Origin: Candidatus Gottesmanbacteria bacterium
GTDB taxonomy: Bacteria; Patescibacteriota; Microgenomatia; UBA10105; UBA927
Assembly: GCA_963809665.1 (NCBI GenBank)
Contig: CAWEKC010000001.1
Span: 6,852 to 70,851, forward strand
Direction: 5' to 3'
Length of the DNA: 64,000 nucleotides
Under the pieces are notes generated by a model. It was not told where the DNA came from, did not search any database, and saw only the letters and a program-made list of their open reading frames with translations. Shown here piece by piece: positions 9,328 to 19,335 of this stretch. Each line of letters begins with the position of its first letter. Within the stretch, counting starts at the first letter, position 1. The position numbers and the translations under genes were made by a program.

Positions 9328-10986
9328 TTACTTATTCATTATCGTACGCTTTTCAATCAAATAATAGGCATCCAGCGTATTTTTGTATCGTATCCTGTCT
9401 ATTATCACATCATCCTCCAAAAGTTTACATCCAGATTTGTCTACATATAAGACACGATTCGCTTTAATCGACGCAACTACAGTATTCAATAAAAGTGACG
9501 GACACGGATCAGGGACAAAGAGGAAATTCCTATACCTCGCATTATCTGTATCGCGCGGTGATCCCTCCTTCTGATAGACGGAAGGCTCTATTGGCCAAAA
9601 AAACAGCATGTCCTCCAGAATTTTTTGGCTGACAATAACATCGTAAGACGAAGCTGCAGACTTCAGGTATAGCGCCAGATCTTTATCCGCCCCATTCCTG
9701 TAGACAGGCATATGTACAGGCTGATGGACAAAAAGCTGATGAGTAAAATATACAATATTCAGAGAAAACAGAACAAATATACCGAAGATGACGATAGAGC
9801 GTATAGAAGGGCGGACGGTTTGAACTGTCTTCAATATTCCCGTCGCAACAAGAAGGTGAAGCGGGATCATGGCAAGGAAAAATCGATGAATATTGGGAGT
9901 TTCATCGCTTCCTACGGCCATTACGGCGGGAACTAGGAGAAACCATAGGATGCTGAAAATGCCATACAGAGACTTTTTCCGTATGACCGTATATATGCCG
10001 AGCAACAGGAACGGGCACTCTATAAGGAGCAATACACCCATATTGGGGACTTCCTCACGCTGCGGTTGGTCCGCCTGTAGAAAAAGGAACCGGAAACTGA
10101 CATAGTCACTGAAGTTCTTGAGTAAATATCTCCCGTAAGCAGTCACTTTATTATGCACGATACGTGTGATAAGAATCGATTGGTTCTGTGTTCCGTCCTC
10201 GCGTATTTCTTCATCCAGAGGCAACTGAACATTCATGGACGAAAAAACGCTTATCTGCGAAAACCTCGTACTGGTAGGAGAAAAAAACAACCAAATGCTG
10301 GCTAAGAGTATCGTAATAAAAAGAGCGATGCTAACAATTTTTATCCGTTTTGAAAACGTATGCCAATACCATGCTCCGATAAAAAGTAAAAACGGGATGG
10401 CAAACAGCCTGATGGCGGCATAGGTGTAGAAACTTACAGCAATTCCTATGAGAAACACAACGAGGTACACATACTTCTGTTTTTTCATCCAAAGGAACCA
10501 GAAATATACGGCGCCGTAGAATATGACAAAGCATACAAGCGGGTCACTTTGTACCCTTGATAACAAAACTCCAAGCGGCGAAATCACGGCAAGAGCCATT
10601 GATAGGAGCGCCAATGAACGGCTTCCTGATAATCGGAATACGAACGCAAAAGTCAGAACTATAAACAGCATTCCAAATATTGCCGACGGAACACGGACTG
10701 CCCATTCGTTTAACCCGGCGCTTGCTATAAACGGGATGGTGAGGTACGCATACACGGCGCCTTTATAATCTCCGAATGACCGGTATATGAGGGGATACGA
10801 TTGTCCATATTCGTCCTTACCGGTTTGTAGCAGGGAGTAAGCGTTATATCCGAAGTCTGCCTCATCAGCGTGAAATCCGCCGGGGATGGAGCCTAACTGC
10901 CAGAAACGGAGAACAATCGCGAGCACAATGACCCCGATAAAAAAAATCCATGACCGATTATTTATGAACCATGTCTTGGAAAACAT
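9328..10986 (-). CDS. PMT_2/GT39-like GT-C membrane glycosyltransferase (tandem paralog)
   Basis: ORF 9328-11142 with ..GFHADEADFGYNAYSLLQTGKDEYGQSYPL.. Start moved to the internal ATG at 10984-10986 (MFSKTWFINNRSWIFFIG) because the longer ORF overlaps the divergent gene at 11022. Confidence 0.65.
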   Translation of the reverse strand: MFSKTWFINNRSWIFFIGVIVLAIVLRFWQLGSIPGGFHADEADFGYNAYSLLQTGKDEYGQSYPLIYRSFGDYKGAVYAYLTIPFIASAGLNEWAVRVPSAIFGMLFIVLTFAFVFRLSGSRSLALLSMALAVISPLGVLLSRVQSDPLVCFVIFYGAVYFWFLWMKKQKYVYLVVFLIGIAVSFYTYAAIRLFAIPFLLFIGAWYWHTFSKRIKIVSIALFITILLASIWLFFSPTSTRFSQISVFSSMNVQLPLDEEIREDGTQNQSILITRIVHNKVTAYGRYLLKNFSDYVSFRFLFLQADQPQREEVPNMGVLLLIECPFLLLGIYTVIRKKSLYGIFSILWFLLVPAVMAVGSDETPNIHRFFLAMIPLHLLVATGILKTVQTVRPSIRSIVIFGIFVLFSLNIVYFTHQLFVHQPVHMPVYRNGADKDLALYLKSAASSYDVIVSQKILEDMLFFWPIEPSVYQKEGSPRDTDNARYRNFLFVPDPCPSLLLNTVVASIKANRVLYVDKSGCKLLEDDVIIDRIRYKNTLDAYYLIEKRTIMNK

Positions 10987-11021
10987 AAGACTGTCATGTA
11001 TGATAACCCTACCATTATAGC
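10987..11021. promoter_or_regulatory. Divergent promoter region between 9328-10986 (-) and 11022-13424 (+)
   Basis: A 35-bp gap with TATGAT at 10999-11004 (plus) and TATAAT on the minus strand at about 11012-11017. Confidence 0.3.
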
Positions 11022-13424
11022 ATGAGAAAATATCTCCCTCTTGCAGTACTAGCGGGTATCTGTCTGCTCTTCTTTTATAAAACGTTCCTGTTCGGCCAAG
11101 TCCCGTTTCCGGGGGATCTCCTGTTGACGCAATACGGGCCATGGCGTCATCAATCCTACGGGGGGTATGTTGCAGGTGCCATCCCGAGCAAGGACCAATA
11201 TTTTGATGTCATACGGGAGCTGTATCCGTGGAAAACAGGGGTCATCACAAGCGTAAAACAGGGAATATTTCCGCTTTGGAACCCAAATAATTTTTCCGGT
11301 GCTCCGCTTTTGGCAAACTACCAATCTCAGGTATTCTATCCGTTTACATTCCTGTATTACCTTCTGCCTCAAATTTCCGCCTGGACAATAATGGTTATGC
11401 TCCAGCCGATACTCGGATCGATATTCCTCTATTTCTTTGCAACGGAAATCGGTCTGACGTCAGCAGCTGCGCTGCTTGCTGCATTGTTATTTGATTTTTC
11501 GACTTTTGCCAGCGTTTGGATGGAATTTACCACGGTATGGCATACGATACTCTGGCTTCCGCTTCTTTTGTATCTTATCGAACGCGGTGTTAAACAAAAA
11601 TCACTGACCCTCTTCCAGCAAATTCTTTTTGTCGCGGGTCTGGTAAGCGCCATCACCGGAGGACATCCGCAGGACTTGATAAACTCATATATTTTTCTTG
11701 TCCTGTATACGTTGATACGGATAGTCACCATGCGCGATTGGACAAAAAAGGATAAATTTGCATTTATCCTTCATCCTGTTCTGCTGATTTTTACCCTTCC
11801 GTTTTTTATCACCGCGGTACAACTGCTGCCAACCATTGAACTATTCCGCAATTCCGCCCGCGTGTCTCATGACTATCAGGGCATTATCCAACATATGCTC
11901 GTTCAGTGGTGGCAAACTCCCCTTGTCGCCGTACAGGATATTTTCGGTAATCCGGCAACAGGGTCGAACTTTACCGGAGACTATGTCGGCAAAACGCTTT
12001 CCGTCGGTTTTGCCGGTTTCTTTTTTGCGGTTGCGGCAATTTTTTCCAAACACAAGTCGTGGCACAAAACATTTTTCGCATATGCAGGGGCGGGTATTCT
12101 TTTAATTACCGTCCGCACTCCGCTCACGGAGTTATTGTATCGGTACCCGTGGCCGGTACTTTCAACGGGCACGCCAACGCGGATTTTGTTTATTTTAGCG
12201 CTTTCCTTCTCAATACTTGCGGGATTCGGATATGACGCAGTCCGTCAATCAAAACGGTTTCCGTACAAAACGTGGAGCGCAGTCATTGCAGTGTTAACCG
12301 TTTTATGGATTTTCGCACTTACCCGGCCTGCGATACCGGGTATTAACTATACGGTTTCAGCCCCCTCCATAATGAAGCGCGCCTTGCTTGTTGCAACCGG
12401 AATATTCGCGGCACTTTCCGTGATTCTTCTGACAGCCCGATACAAAAAAATTCTACTTTGGGCAATAATTCCGCTAACGGTTGCAGAGCTTTTCTATAGT
12501 TTTATAAAATTCAATCCGTTTGTTCCTGTGTTGTTTGTGTACCCAAACAACACACTGATCAGCCAATTGCAGAAAATATCAGGCATTGATCGTGTCTGGG
12601 GGTACGGGACAGCGGGAATTGAGGCAAATTTTGCTACTCAGGAGCATATCTTTTCAACAGACGGCACCGATCCGTTAAATTTGAAATGGTATAACCAGTT
12701 CTTACAGTCAAGCCGGAATGGTAATATCGCGGTAACTTTTAACAGAACAACCCGTTCCGACGCACAAATCCAGCCGGGATATGGTGAACGCGATTTGCCT
12801 TCTAATGAATTCCGCCTGCGGATCATGGACACACTTGGCGTTAAATACGTCATAGACCGGCCGGAAAATCCGAAGGACAACAACACGTTCCCAATAGATC
12901 GTTTCAAAACGGTATGGCATGAAGGAGACTGGACTATATATGAAAATCTGAAGGTATCACCCAGGTTTTTCCTGACGTCTGATGTCCGGCCGTACAAAAA
13001 TACGGTTGATTTTGAGTCAAAATTCTTTGCAACCGGATTTCAACCCGGCAAAACCGTATTGGTGGCACAGAATGACTGGAACACCCTTCCGCCACTTAAC
13101 GGATCCGGAACGGCGAGTCTTATTTCTTATAATCCAAATCAAGTAATATTCTCGGTAAAAGCCGACGAACCGCAAGTTCTATTTTTAAGCGACACGTACG
13201 ATAACGGGTGGACAGCAAAAGTAAACGGCAAAGCGATAAACGTACTGATGGCTGATTATGCTTTCCGGGCAGTCCCTGTACCTAAAGGAGATTCCGTGGT
13301 CGTCTTTACATATGCCCCGAAATCTTTCCGGATTGGTATGGCTATTAGCACACTCGCATTATTTTGTTTTCTTAGCTATTGTGTAGCTAATACCTATCGT
13401 CAGAAGAATCCCCATAAGCGATAA
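11022..13424 (+). CDS. YfhO-family GT-C membrane glycosyltransferase
   Basis: 800-aa polytopic protein. The C-terminal extracytoplasmic domain ..FLSDTYDNGWTAKVNGKAINVLMADYAFRAVPVPKGDSVVVFTYAPKSF.. plus a final TM segment is the YfhO hallmark. Paralogs at 13359-15858, 24713-26941 and 27963-30209. Confidence 0.7.
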   Translation: MRKYLPLAVLAGICLLFFYKTFLFGQVPFPGDLLLTQYGPWRHQSYGGYVAGAIPSKDQYFDVIRELYPWKTGVITSVKQGIFPLWNPNNFSGAPLLANYQSQVFYPFTFLYYLLPQISAWTIMVMLQPILGSIFLYFFATEIGLTSAAALLAALLFDFSTFASVWMEFTTVWHTILWLPLLLYLIERGVKQKSLTLFQQILFVAGLVSAITGGHPQDLINSYIFLVLYTLIRIVTMRDWTKKDKFAFILHPVLLIFTLPFFITAVQLLPTIELFRNSARVSHDYQGIIQHMLVQWWQTPLVAVQDIFGNPATGSNFTGDYVGKTLSVGFAGFFFAVAAIFSKHKSWHKTFFAYAGAGILLITVRTPLTELLYRYPWPVLSTGTPTRILFILALSFSILAGFGYDAVRQSKRFPYKTWSAVIAVLTVLWIFALTRPAIPGINYTVSAPSIMKRALLVATGIFAALSVILLTARYKKILLWAIIPLTVAELFYSFIKFNPFVPVLFVYPNNTLISQLQKISGIDRVWGYGTAGIEANFATQEHIFSTDGTDPLNLKWYNQFLQSSRNGNIAVTFNRTTRSDAQIQPGYGERDLPSNEFRLRIMDTLGVKYVIDRPENPKDNNTFPIDRFKTVWHEGDWTIYENLKVSPRFFLTSDVRPYKNTVDFESKFFATGFQPGKTVLVAQNDWNTLPPLNGSGTASLISYNPNQVIFSVKADEPQVLFLSDTYDNGWTAKVNGKAINVLMADYAFRAVPVPKGDSVVVFTYAPKSFRIGMAISTLALFCFLSYCVANTYRQKNPHKR

Positions 13425-15858
13425 GACTGCCCCTATCGTAAATGTTACGGGTTTGTACGTAAATATAACGGTATGGTTGCCCTTGGGTACAAAGACCGCG
13501 CGGATAGCATAATCTGCGCGATAGATTTCCGTATCCTTTCCATCAACTGCCGCGGTCCAACCCTGATAATATGTATCGGACAGAACCGCAAAACCATCCG
13601 CGGAAGACGATGTAGAAATAGCAACATAATTCAAATCATACGACGATAATAGCTGCAGACGCAGTCGATAGCGATGCATCAGTTGTAAATAACGGAACCA
13701 CCCGCGGTTCCTGCTCAAGCACCACGGTCGAGGCAAGATCCACCCCCGGATCATACAGCGTATCAATAAGTTCTTGCGGCTCTTTCCGGACTACGTACCT
13801 CGTGGCAAACACTACCCTGGGCAGAACATTTTTATATTTCCAAATACGCCATACATTATCCTCCCATATGAGGGTAAATTGGGTAGGCGGAAACCGGACT
13901 TCCGCCGTTAATTTATCTTTTAATTCCCCCTTCTTTGCTTCTAAAATATATTTCACCCCGAACAATGACATCATACGAAGTCTGTACGGGTTAGCGGTGC
14001 CGAACGAATCCCGTTCCGACATACCATACAAATCCGTATCGCTTCTCCGGATTAAACCTCCCAGTTTCCCTCCGTTATTGATTGTGGATAGCAGCTGTGC
14101 GTAACGATCCGACGATAAGTTTCCATACCCGTCTGTCGAATACCACCGGAAATATTGGGGTAAATTTTTCTCAATAAAGGCATTCCCATACCCCCAAACC
14201 CTATCGTATCCGGCAATGTCAGATAATTCCCGTATAACCGGAAGTTGAGGATACAGGAAGCGCCGTTCGCCGAAATACACGTACTTCTGGGCAAAATAAA
14301 GACCGGATACTATCGTTAAAACGAATACCATTGCAATAACCAGTTTCTTGAACCATCCGGATAGGACTATTAAAACCCATCCCGATAATAGAAAGAGTGT
14401 CGGTGCAATCAAATTTCGGAGAGAAACCGTCGCGAAGGATCCTACAGCTTTGGTTATACCCAGGAAAGTACCGATTCTGTACCAGGTAATCGATGTCTGA
14501 CCGAGACACTGGAAGACATCTTTTTGAATACACCACGCACTTATGACGATCGACCAGCCCGCTGCAATAACGAGGGAAAATAATGTTAGAACATATGCCA
14601 TTTTTTTCCTATCCGTATCCCGTAAGAATACGTCTAGTCCGTAACACGACAGAATAATGAAAGAAAACGCAGATATAGCAAATACCCGGGTCGGGTATGA
14701 ACTGGAGAGAACGGGTATATGAAGAAAATACGGGAGCCAGCTCGTCGGCAGCGCAAAACCCATCGAGAAACATATCAGTCCGAAAATAGTCCAGAATTGA
14801 AAAGTTTTTTGTCTCGCTTTAATCATTCCATAAACGGCAAACAAAAACGGAATAATTCCGATAAAAATCATTTTCTCGAAATAAAACCCGTTTCTGCCGA
14901 AATAATTATACGTTGCAGGATTACCCCAAAAATCCGGGGCAAACAGCGTTATGAGATGCGTCCACGACAACAGGTTGTTGCTGAATACAAAGCCTCCGTC
15001 TGCTGTCCCGCGTGGTGACAGAAGAAATGCCTGAATCGAAGGGACGAGCTGTATGGATGCTATGACGAGCGAACATATCAGCGCAGACATAATGAGAATT
15101 GAGGTCTTTCGATTATGATACGTATGGTCAGATGCGATAAAGCAGAATATATTCCAAACAATTACCACGACATATACGTATATGGACATCTGTAAAAACC
15201 CCCCGAGAACTGAACTGACAAGAGCGAAAACTAACAGTAAAAACCCTATAGCGCCGGATTTCCTTTCCCATAGGCGGTTGGAAGCGTACAGCGCAAGCGG
15301 CAACCACAGGAAACTATGCTCCAGCACTAATATTTCCTGCCAATACACAACCATCCAGCCGCAAAATGCATAAGCGAATGCGCCATATGCCGCGATTTCG
15401 GGACGGAATTTCATGGATTTGAGAAACAAATACATACATAGCACTGAAACAACCGGTTGAATAATTACAAGGAAATTCCACCCGTCGATCGCAGGCAGAA
15501 GCGAAGCGATGAGCGAGAAGGGATACCACACGGCTGTATCAAATGCCGCCACAAACGGTGTGCCGCTGTAGATATACGGATTCCACAACGGGACAATTCC
15601 GCTAAAGAAAGCATTCTTTAGCATGACTCTGTTCGGAAAAAACTGTCTGATATTGTCAAAACCTATGGGTTTATTCGGCGGACCGTTGGGGTACTCAGGA
15701 ACCGGCTCATATTTCCACGGAACGTATACGGATACGAGCAGATTCGACGGAAATAGAGTCTTATTCTGAAAAAATACCGGCCGGAATATTACACCGAGAA
15801 GTATAAGAGTTCCCACGAAAACCAGGAAGAAGTCCGAATATGGGAAATATTTCTTCAT
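13359..15858 (-). pseudogene. YfhO-family GT-C glycosyltransferase with a frameshift near 13640-13660 that separates the body from the conserved C-terminal domain
   Basis: ORF 13636-15858 (740 aa) ends ..TDASLSTASAAIIVV*. ORF 13359-13766, in another frame, continues ..YDLNYVAISTSSSADGFAVLSDTYYQGWTAAVDGKDTEIYRADYAIRAVFVPKGNHTVIFTYKPVTF.. plus a TM segment, which is the YfhO C-terminus. The 3' 66 nt overlap the end of the convergent gene 11022-13424. Confidence 0.6.
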
Positions 15859-17549
15859 AACGCAGGCAAAATTGGATACAACATTTGAGAATCAACACCA
15901 ACGAATATTACATCTCCCTTTTTATCCTTCACGCTGAATTGTACCAGAATCTTTTTCGGAAATTCCGTCGGTGAACCAATGAGCATCACATGTTCTGTTC
16001 CAATGTCGGCGGCACTTGGTAATGACGGTAAAAACTCGACCGAATTGATCCTTTTGACACGGACCCAGCCGTTTGGTTCCAAAACTTTTTCTATTCCTTT
16101 TCCGGACTGGAACAGCGCCGGGTCATATTTCGTGTAAAACAGATAATAAATGTATTGTTTTGCGTCATTAACCCTACCCGAAACAATTACCCTGTCATAC
16201 CCGGGAGCAGTACGGACTATATCCTGAATAAGCTCCTGGTATCCGTAATGGGAATACACGGAATAGCGATACGGAAAAAACGTCCAATACTCAATAAGAA
16301 AAAACGATACTGCTACAAGGTAAACGAGAATACCGAAACCCAGTACATACTTCCATTTCCGGACATATGAGAGGCCTGTAACCGCACCCAATGAAAGCAA
16401 TATCGGCCATGTAGGAAACGAAATGAAGAATCTTCCGTAATGACCATCAGAAGTAAGGCTGTCGGGTATGGCGGAAAAAAGAAGCAAGCCGATAAGAATT
16501 GCTCTGGCGGGAGTAAAGTTAAGAAATACGACAACTAGCGCCATAATAAACAACGGATAATCAATAAGATATAAAAGACCTCTATCTGGTAATATTGAAT
16601 ATTGCGTACTCGTCCCGTACACGGATAACAAACTCGGCGAAAAATGATTGAGATAATTCGAGACGAATTTAGTTCCGTACGCGCTGTATTTATTAAAAAC
16701 TATCCGGCAAAGCGTACCCGGAAATACCTTGATGCAGTCACCGCGTTTCTCATTCACCAAATCTACTATGCCGATATCATTTGTCAGGTTTACCTGCTCT
16801 GATCGGGCACCGAATGCGGAGCCACCGACAGAAAACAGTATCGGTGACGCTATAAGGATGAGAAAGAATATGCCCGCTATCATCCATTTTAATGATTTTA
16901 CGTATTCTTTTCTGTACGAAATAATAACCAGCAGCAATAAAAAGGGAACCAGCAGTATGTTCGGCCGATAGACAAACAGGCTGAAACCAAATATTGCTCC
17001 TGAGGCCGTGATCCAAACCGGACGGCTTCTGCCCATAAGCAATGTCAGCAGCCCGGCGGTAATGAAAAATACCGATATAGCCTGTTCTATGGCGACACGG
17101 CTCATACCGATATGCCATGGCGAAATTGCAAGAAAAAATGCGACAAGCAACGGAAAAATATCCGAAGATAACCGGGAAGCATCCTGCTTTAAACGGAATA
17201 ATTCTTTCGCCAGTGCCCAAACCAGCAGGATGGTAAGCGACCCGAAAAATGCCGATGGAAAGCGGACAGCCAGTGGAGTGAGACCGAATACAGCGACGCT
17301 GGGGATTGTGAAGTATGTGTAAGCCGGTAACCGGAAATCCCCGAATCCCCGGAATGATGAAACCGGCCATGATGCACCCCACTGATCTTTTCCTGTTTTG
17401 AGAAGCGAGTACGCGTCATAACCGTTTTCCACTTCGTCATCGACCATTCCGATCGGATTGTGACCCAAACCTGCGAACCGTATCCACGTCCCGAATATAA
17501 ATATAATTGCTAACAATAAAAGTATAAGATATTTCCGGAAATACTTCAT
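15855..17549 (-). CDS. PMT_2/GT39-like GT-C membrane glycosyltransferase
   Basis: 564 aa with ..GMVDDEVENGYDAYSLLKTGKDQWGASWPV..RFPSAFFGSLTILLV.. ATGA overlap with the upstream YfhO gene. Confidence 0.7.
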   Translation of the reverse strand: MKYFRKYLILLLLAIIFIFGTWIRFAGLGHNPIGMVDDEVENGYDAYSLLKTGKDQWGASWPVSSFRGFGDFRLPAYTYFTIPSVAVFGLTPLAVRFPSAFFGSLTILLVWALAKELFRLKQDASRLSSDIFPLLVAFFLAISPWHIGMSRVAIEQAISVFFITAGLLTLLMGRSRPVWITASGAIFGFSLFVYRPNILLVPFLLLLVIISYRKEYVKSLKWMIAGIFFLILIASPILFSVGGSAFGARSEQVNLTNDIGIVDLVNEKRGDCIKVFPGTLCRIVFNKYSAYGTKFVSNYLNHFSPSLLSVYGTSTQYSILPDRGLLYLIDYPLFIMALVVVFLNFTPARAILIGLLLFSAIPDSLTSDGHYGRFFISFPTWPILLSLGAVTGLSYVRKWKYVLGFGILVYLVAVSFFLIEYWTFFPYRYSVYSHYGYQELIQDIVRTAPGYDRVIVSGRVNDAKQYIYYLFYTKYDPALFQSGKGIEKVLEPNGWVRVKRINSVEFLPSLPSAADIGTEHVMLIGSPTEFPKKILVQFSVKDKKGDVIFVGVDSQMLYPILPAL

Positions 17550-17611
17550 ATCGTAACGGACATTTGTATTGTACTATAATGTTACTGGCGAGAAAACTTA
17601 TTGAACGTAAT
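17550..17611. promoter_or_regulatory. Divergent promoter region between PMT_2 genes 15855-17549 (-) and 17612-19333 (+)
   Basis: AT-rich 62-bp gap containing ttgtattgtacTATAATgtt (-10-like hexamer 17575-17580, about 30 nt upstream of ATG 17612) and, on the other strand, TATAGT. Confidence 0.35.
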
Positions 17612-19333
17612 ATGAATAGGAAAAAAATTACCCGGTATATTCCAGTCGTTTGTATTATTGTCCTGGCTGTTCTTTTCCGGTTTGTGTATCTTGACCGCAT
17701 CCCTACCGCAATCGGTGGCGATGAACTTGTATATCCGGTTACGGCAAAATCGGTCGTCCTGACAGGTAAAGACCTCACGGGGACATGGAATATCTTTCAG
17801 TCGCTGATTTTCCGCTATCCTCCGAACCAACAGTCAGCTGAACTACCATACTTTCTCCACATTCCTTTTAGCGGACTATTCCAATTTTCGGTACTCGCCA
17901 CCCATCTTCCGTTTGCAATTCTATCGGCTTGTACCGTGCTACTATTCTATTTACTTGGACAACTTTTATTCGGAACCACGGCGGCGTTATTTATCGGGCT
18001 TATTGCAGCGGTTAATCCGTGGCTCATCGTCATGGGACGTACCGGATACGAATCAACACCTGCTACGTTCTTTTACTTACTTGGGTTTTACCTGTTGTTA
18101 CGGCTGAAATCATGGAAGATCTTCTGGAGCATCATTCCGTTCATATTAGCCTTTTATTCCTATATAGCAACAAAAGTACTGTTTATCCCCTTTATCATTA
18201 TTTCAGCAATGATTGCGTATTTTCGGCACGGACGTATATATAAAATCCAATATGTACTGCTCGGATTATTTTCTATTCTCTTCGTTGGCTTTTTTATTGT
18301 TGCACTTTCAACTGCTCCACGGACATCACGCATATCCGAAATACTCCTGCCGAATGCACCGGAAATAACTGCTCAGGTAAATGAATCAAGAAAACTTTCC
18401 ATTAATTCACCAATTGGACCGATTCTCATCAATAAGTACTCCGTTTATGTTCAAATGCTTACAAATAAATTATTCCGGACACTATCTCCAGCGTATCTCT
18501 TTATTGAAGGCGACTTATTTTTCCCCGTGAGAGGACACGCAATGTTTTATGCCGTAGATTTAATATTCTTTCTTCTGGGCTGTCTTTTTCTGTTCAATAA
18601 AAGAAAACTCTACTTCGTCTGCGTGATGATGTATTTCCTCATCGGAGCACTTCCCCAAATGTTATTTAAATCGACAAGCGATTATTCTTTACATTTAGCG
18701 ATGATGTTTCCGGTTCTGATCGTATGTATAGGGTACGGCATGTACGGAACTGTGAGTTATTGTCCAAAACGATTCAGGTTCCTATTAGCTGGGATTGTCG
18801 CAGTAGTATACCTGGGAAGCGTCATCAATTTCGGTTATATCTATTTCCTTAAATATCCGTTACAGGAATACGGAGATGTTCACATGCGTATAGTATCAAA
18901 ATACATGGTGCTTAACCAAAAAAAGAGTATCCCCATCTCTCTTTATTCCGATTCAAATATTGATTTTCTGAATAAATATCTTTTTTATTCAAATACACTC
19001 TCACGCGATGTAATCAACTCCTTGAGAAAAACAAAATTTTCCGAAGGGTTCGTGCTTAACGGGACACATTTTTACGGATGCGATAAATCACTGAATATTA
19101 GTAACAAGTCCGGGATAGTTATTATCGATACGTCATGTCCGATAGAAACAACGGTACAACATCTGAGCATTTCGAGACTTGCTGACGGAGGAGAGATTTA
19201 TAAAATATATAACGACAGCATATGTAACGTATATAATTTGCAGCCATATCCTAAAAATATAACATTAAAACAACTTGCCATAGATTCACTGGGTGAAAAA
19301 ATTTTTTGTGAGACGTATATAAGCCGACGTTAA
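17612..19333 (+). CDS. PMT_2-like GT-C membrane glycosyltransferase (divergent member of the family)
   Basis: ORF 17564-19333 with ..IGGDELVYPVTAKSVVLTGKDLTG.. Start preferred at the internal ATG at 17612 (MNRKKITRYIPVVCIIVLAV). A TATAAT-like box at 17575-17580 lies upstream. Confidence 0.55.
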   Translation: MNRKKITRYIPVVCIIVLAVLFRFVYLDRIPTAIGGDELVYPVTAKSVVLTGKDLTGTWNIFQSLIFRYPPNQQSAELPYFLHIPFSGLFQFSVLATHLPFAILSACTVLLFYLLGQLLFGTTAALFIGLIAAVNPWLIVMGRTGYESTPATFFYLLGFYLLLRLKSWKIFWSIIPFILAFYSYIATKVLFIPFIIISAMIAYFRHGRIYKIQYVLLGLFSILFVGFFIVALSTAPRTSRISEILLPNAPEITAQVNESRKLSINSPIGPILINKYSVYVQMLTNKLFRTLSPAYLFIEGDLFFPVRGHAMFYAVDLIFFLLGCLFLFNKRKLYFVCVMMYFLIGALPQMLFKSTSDYSLHLAMMFPVLIVCIGYGMYGTVSYCPKRFRFLLAGIVAVVYLGSVINFGYIYFLKYPLQEYGDVHMRIVSKYMVLNQKKSIPISLYSDSNIDFLNKYLFYSNTLSRDVINSLRKTKFSEGFVLNGTHFYGCDKSLNISNKSGIVIIDTSCPIETTVQHLSISRLADGGEIYKIYNDSICNVYNLQPYPKNITLKQLAIDSLGEKIFCETYISRR

Positions 19334-19335
19334 GA

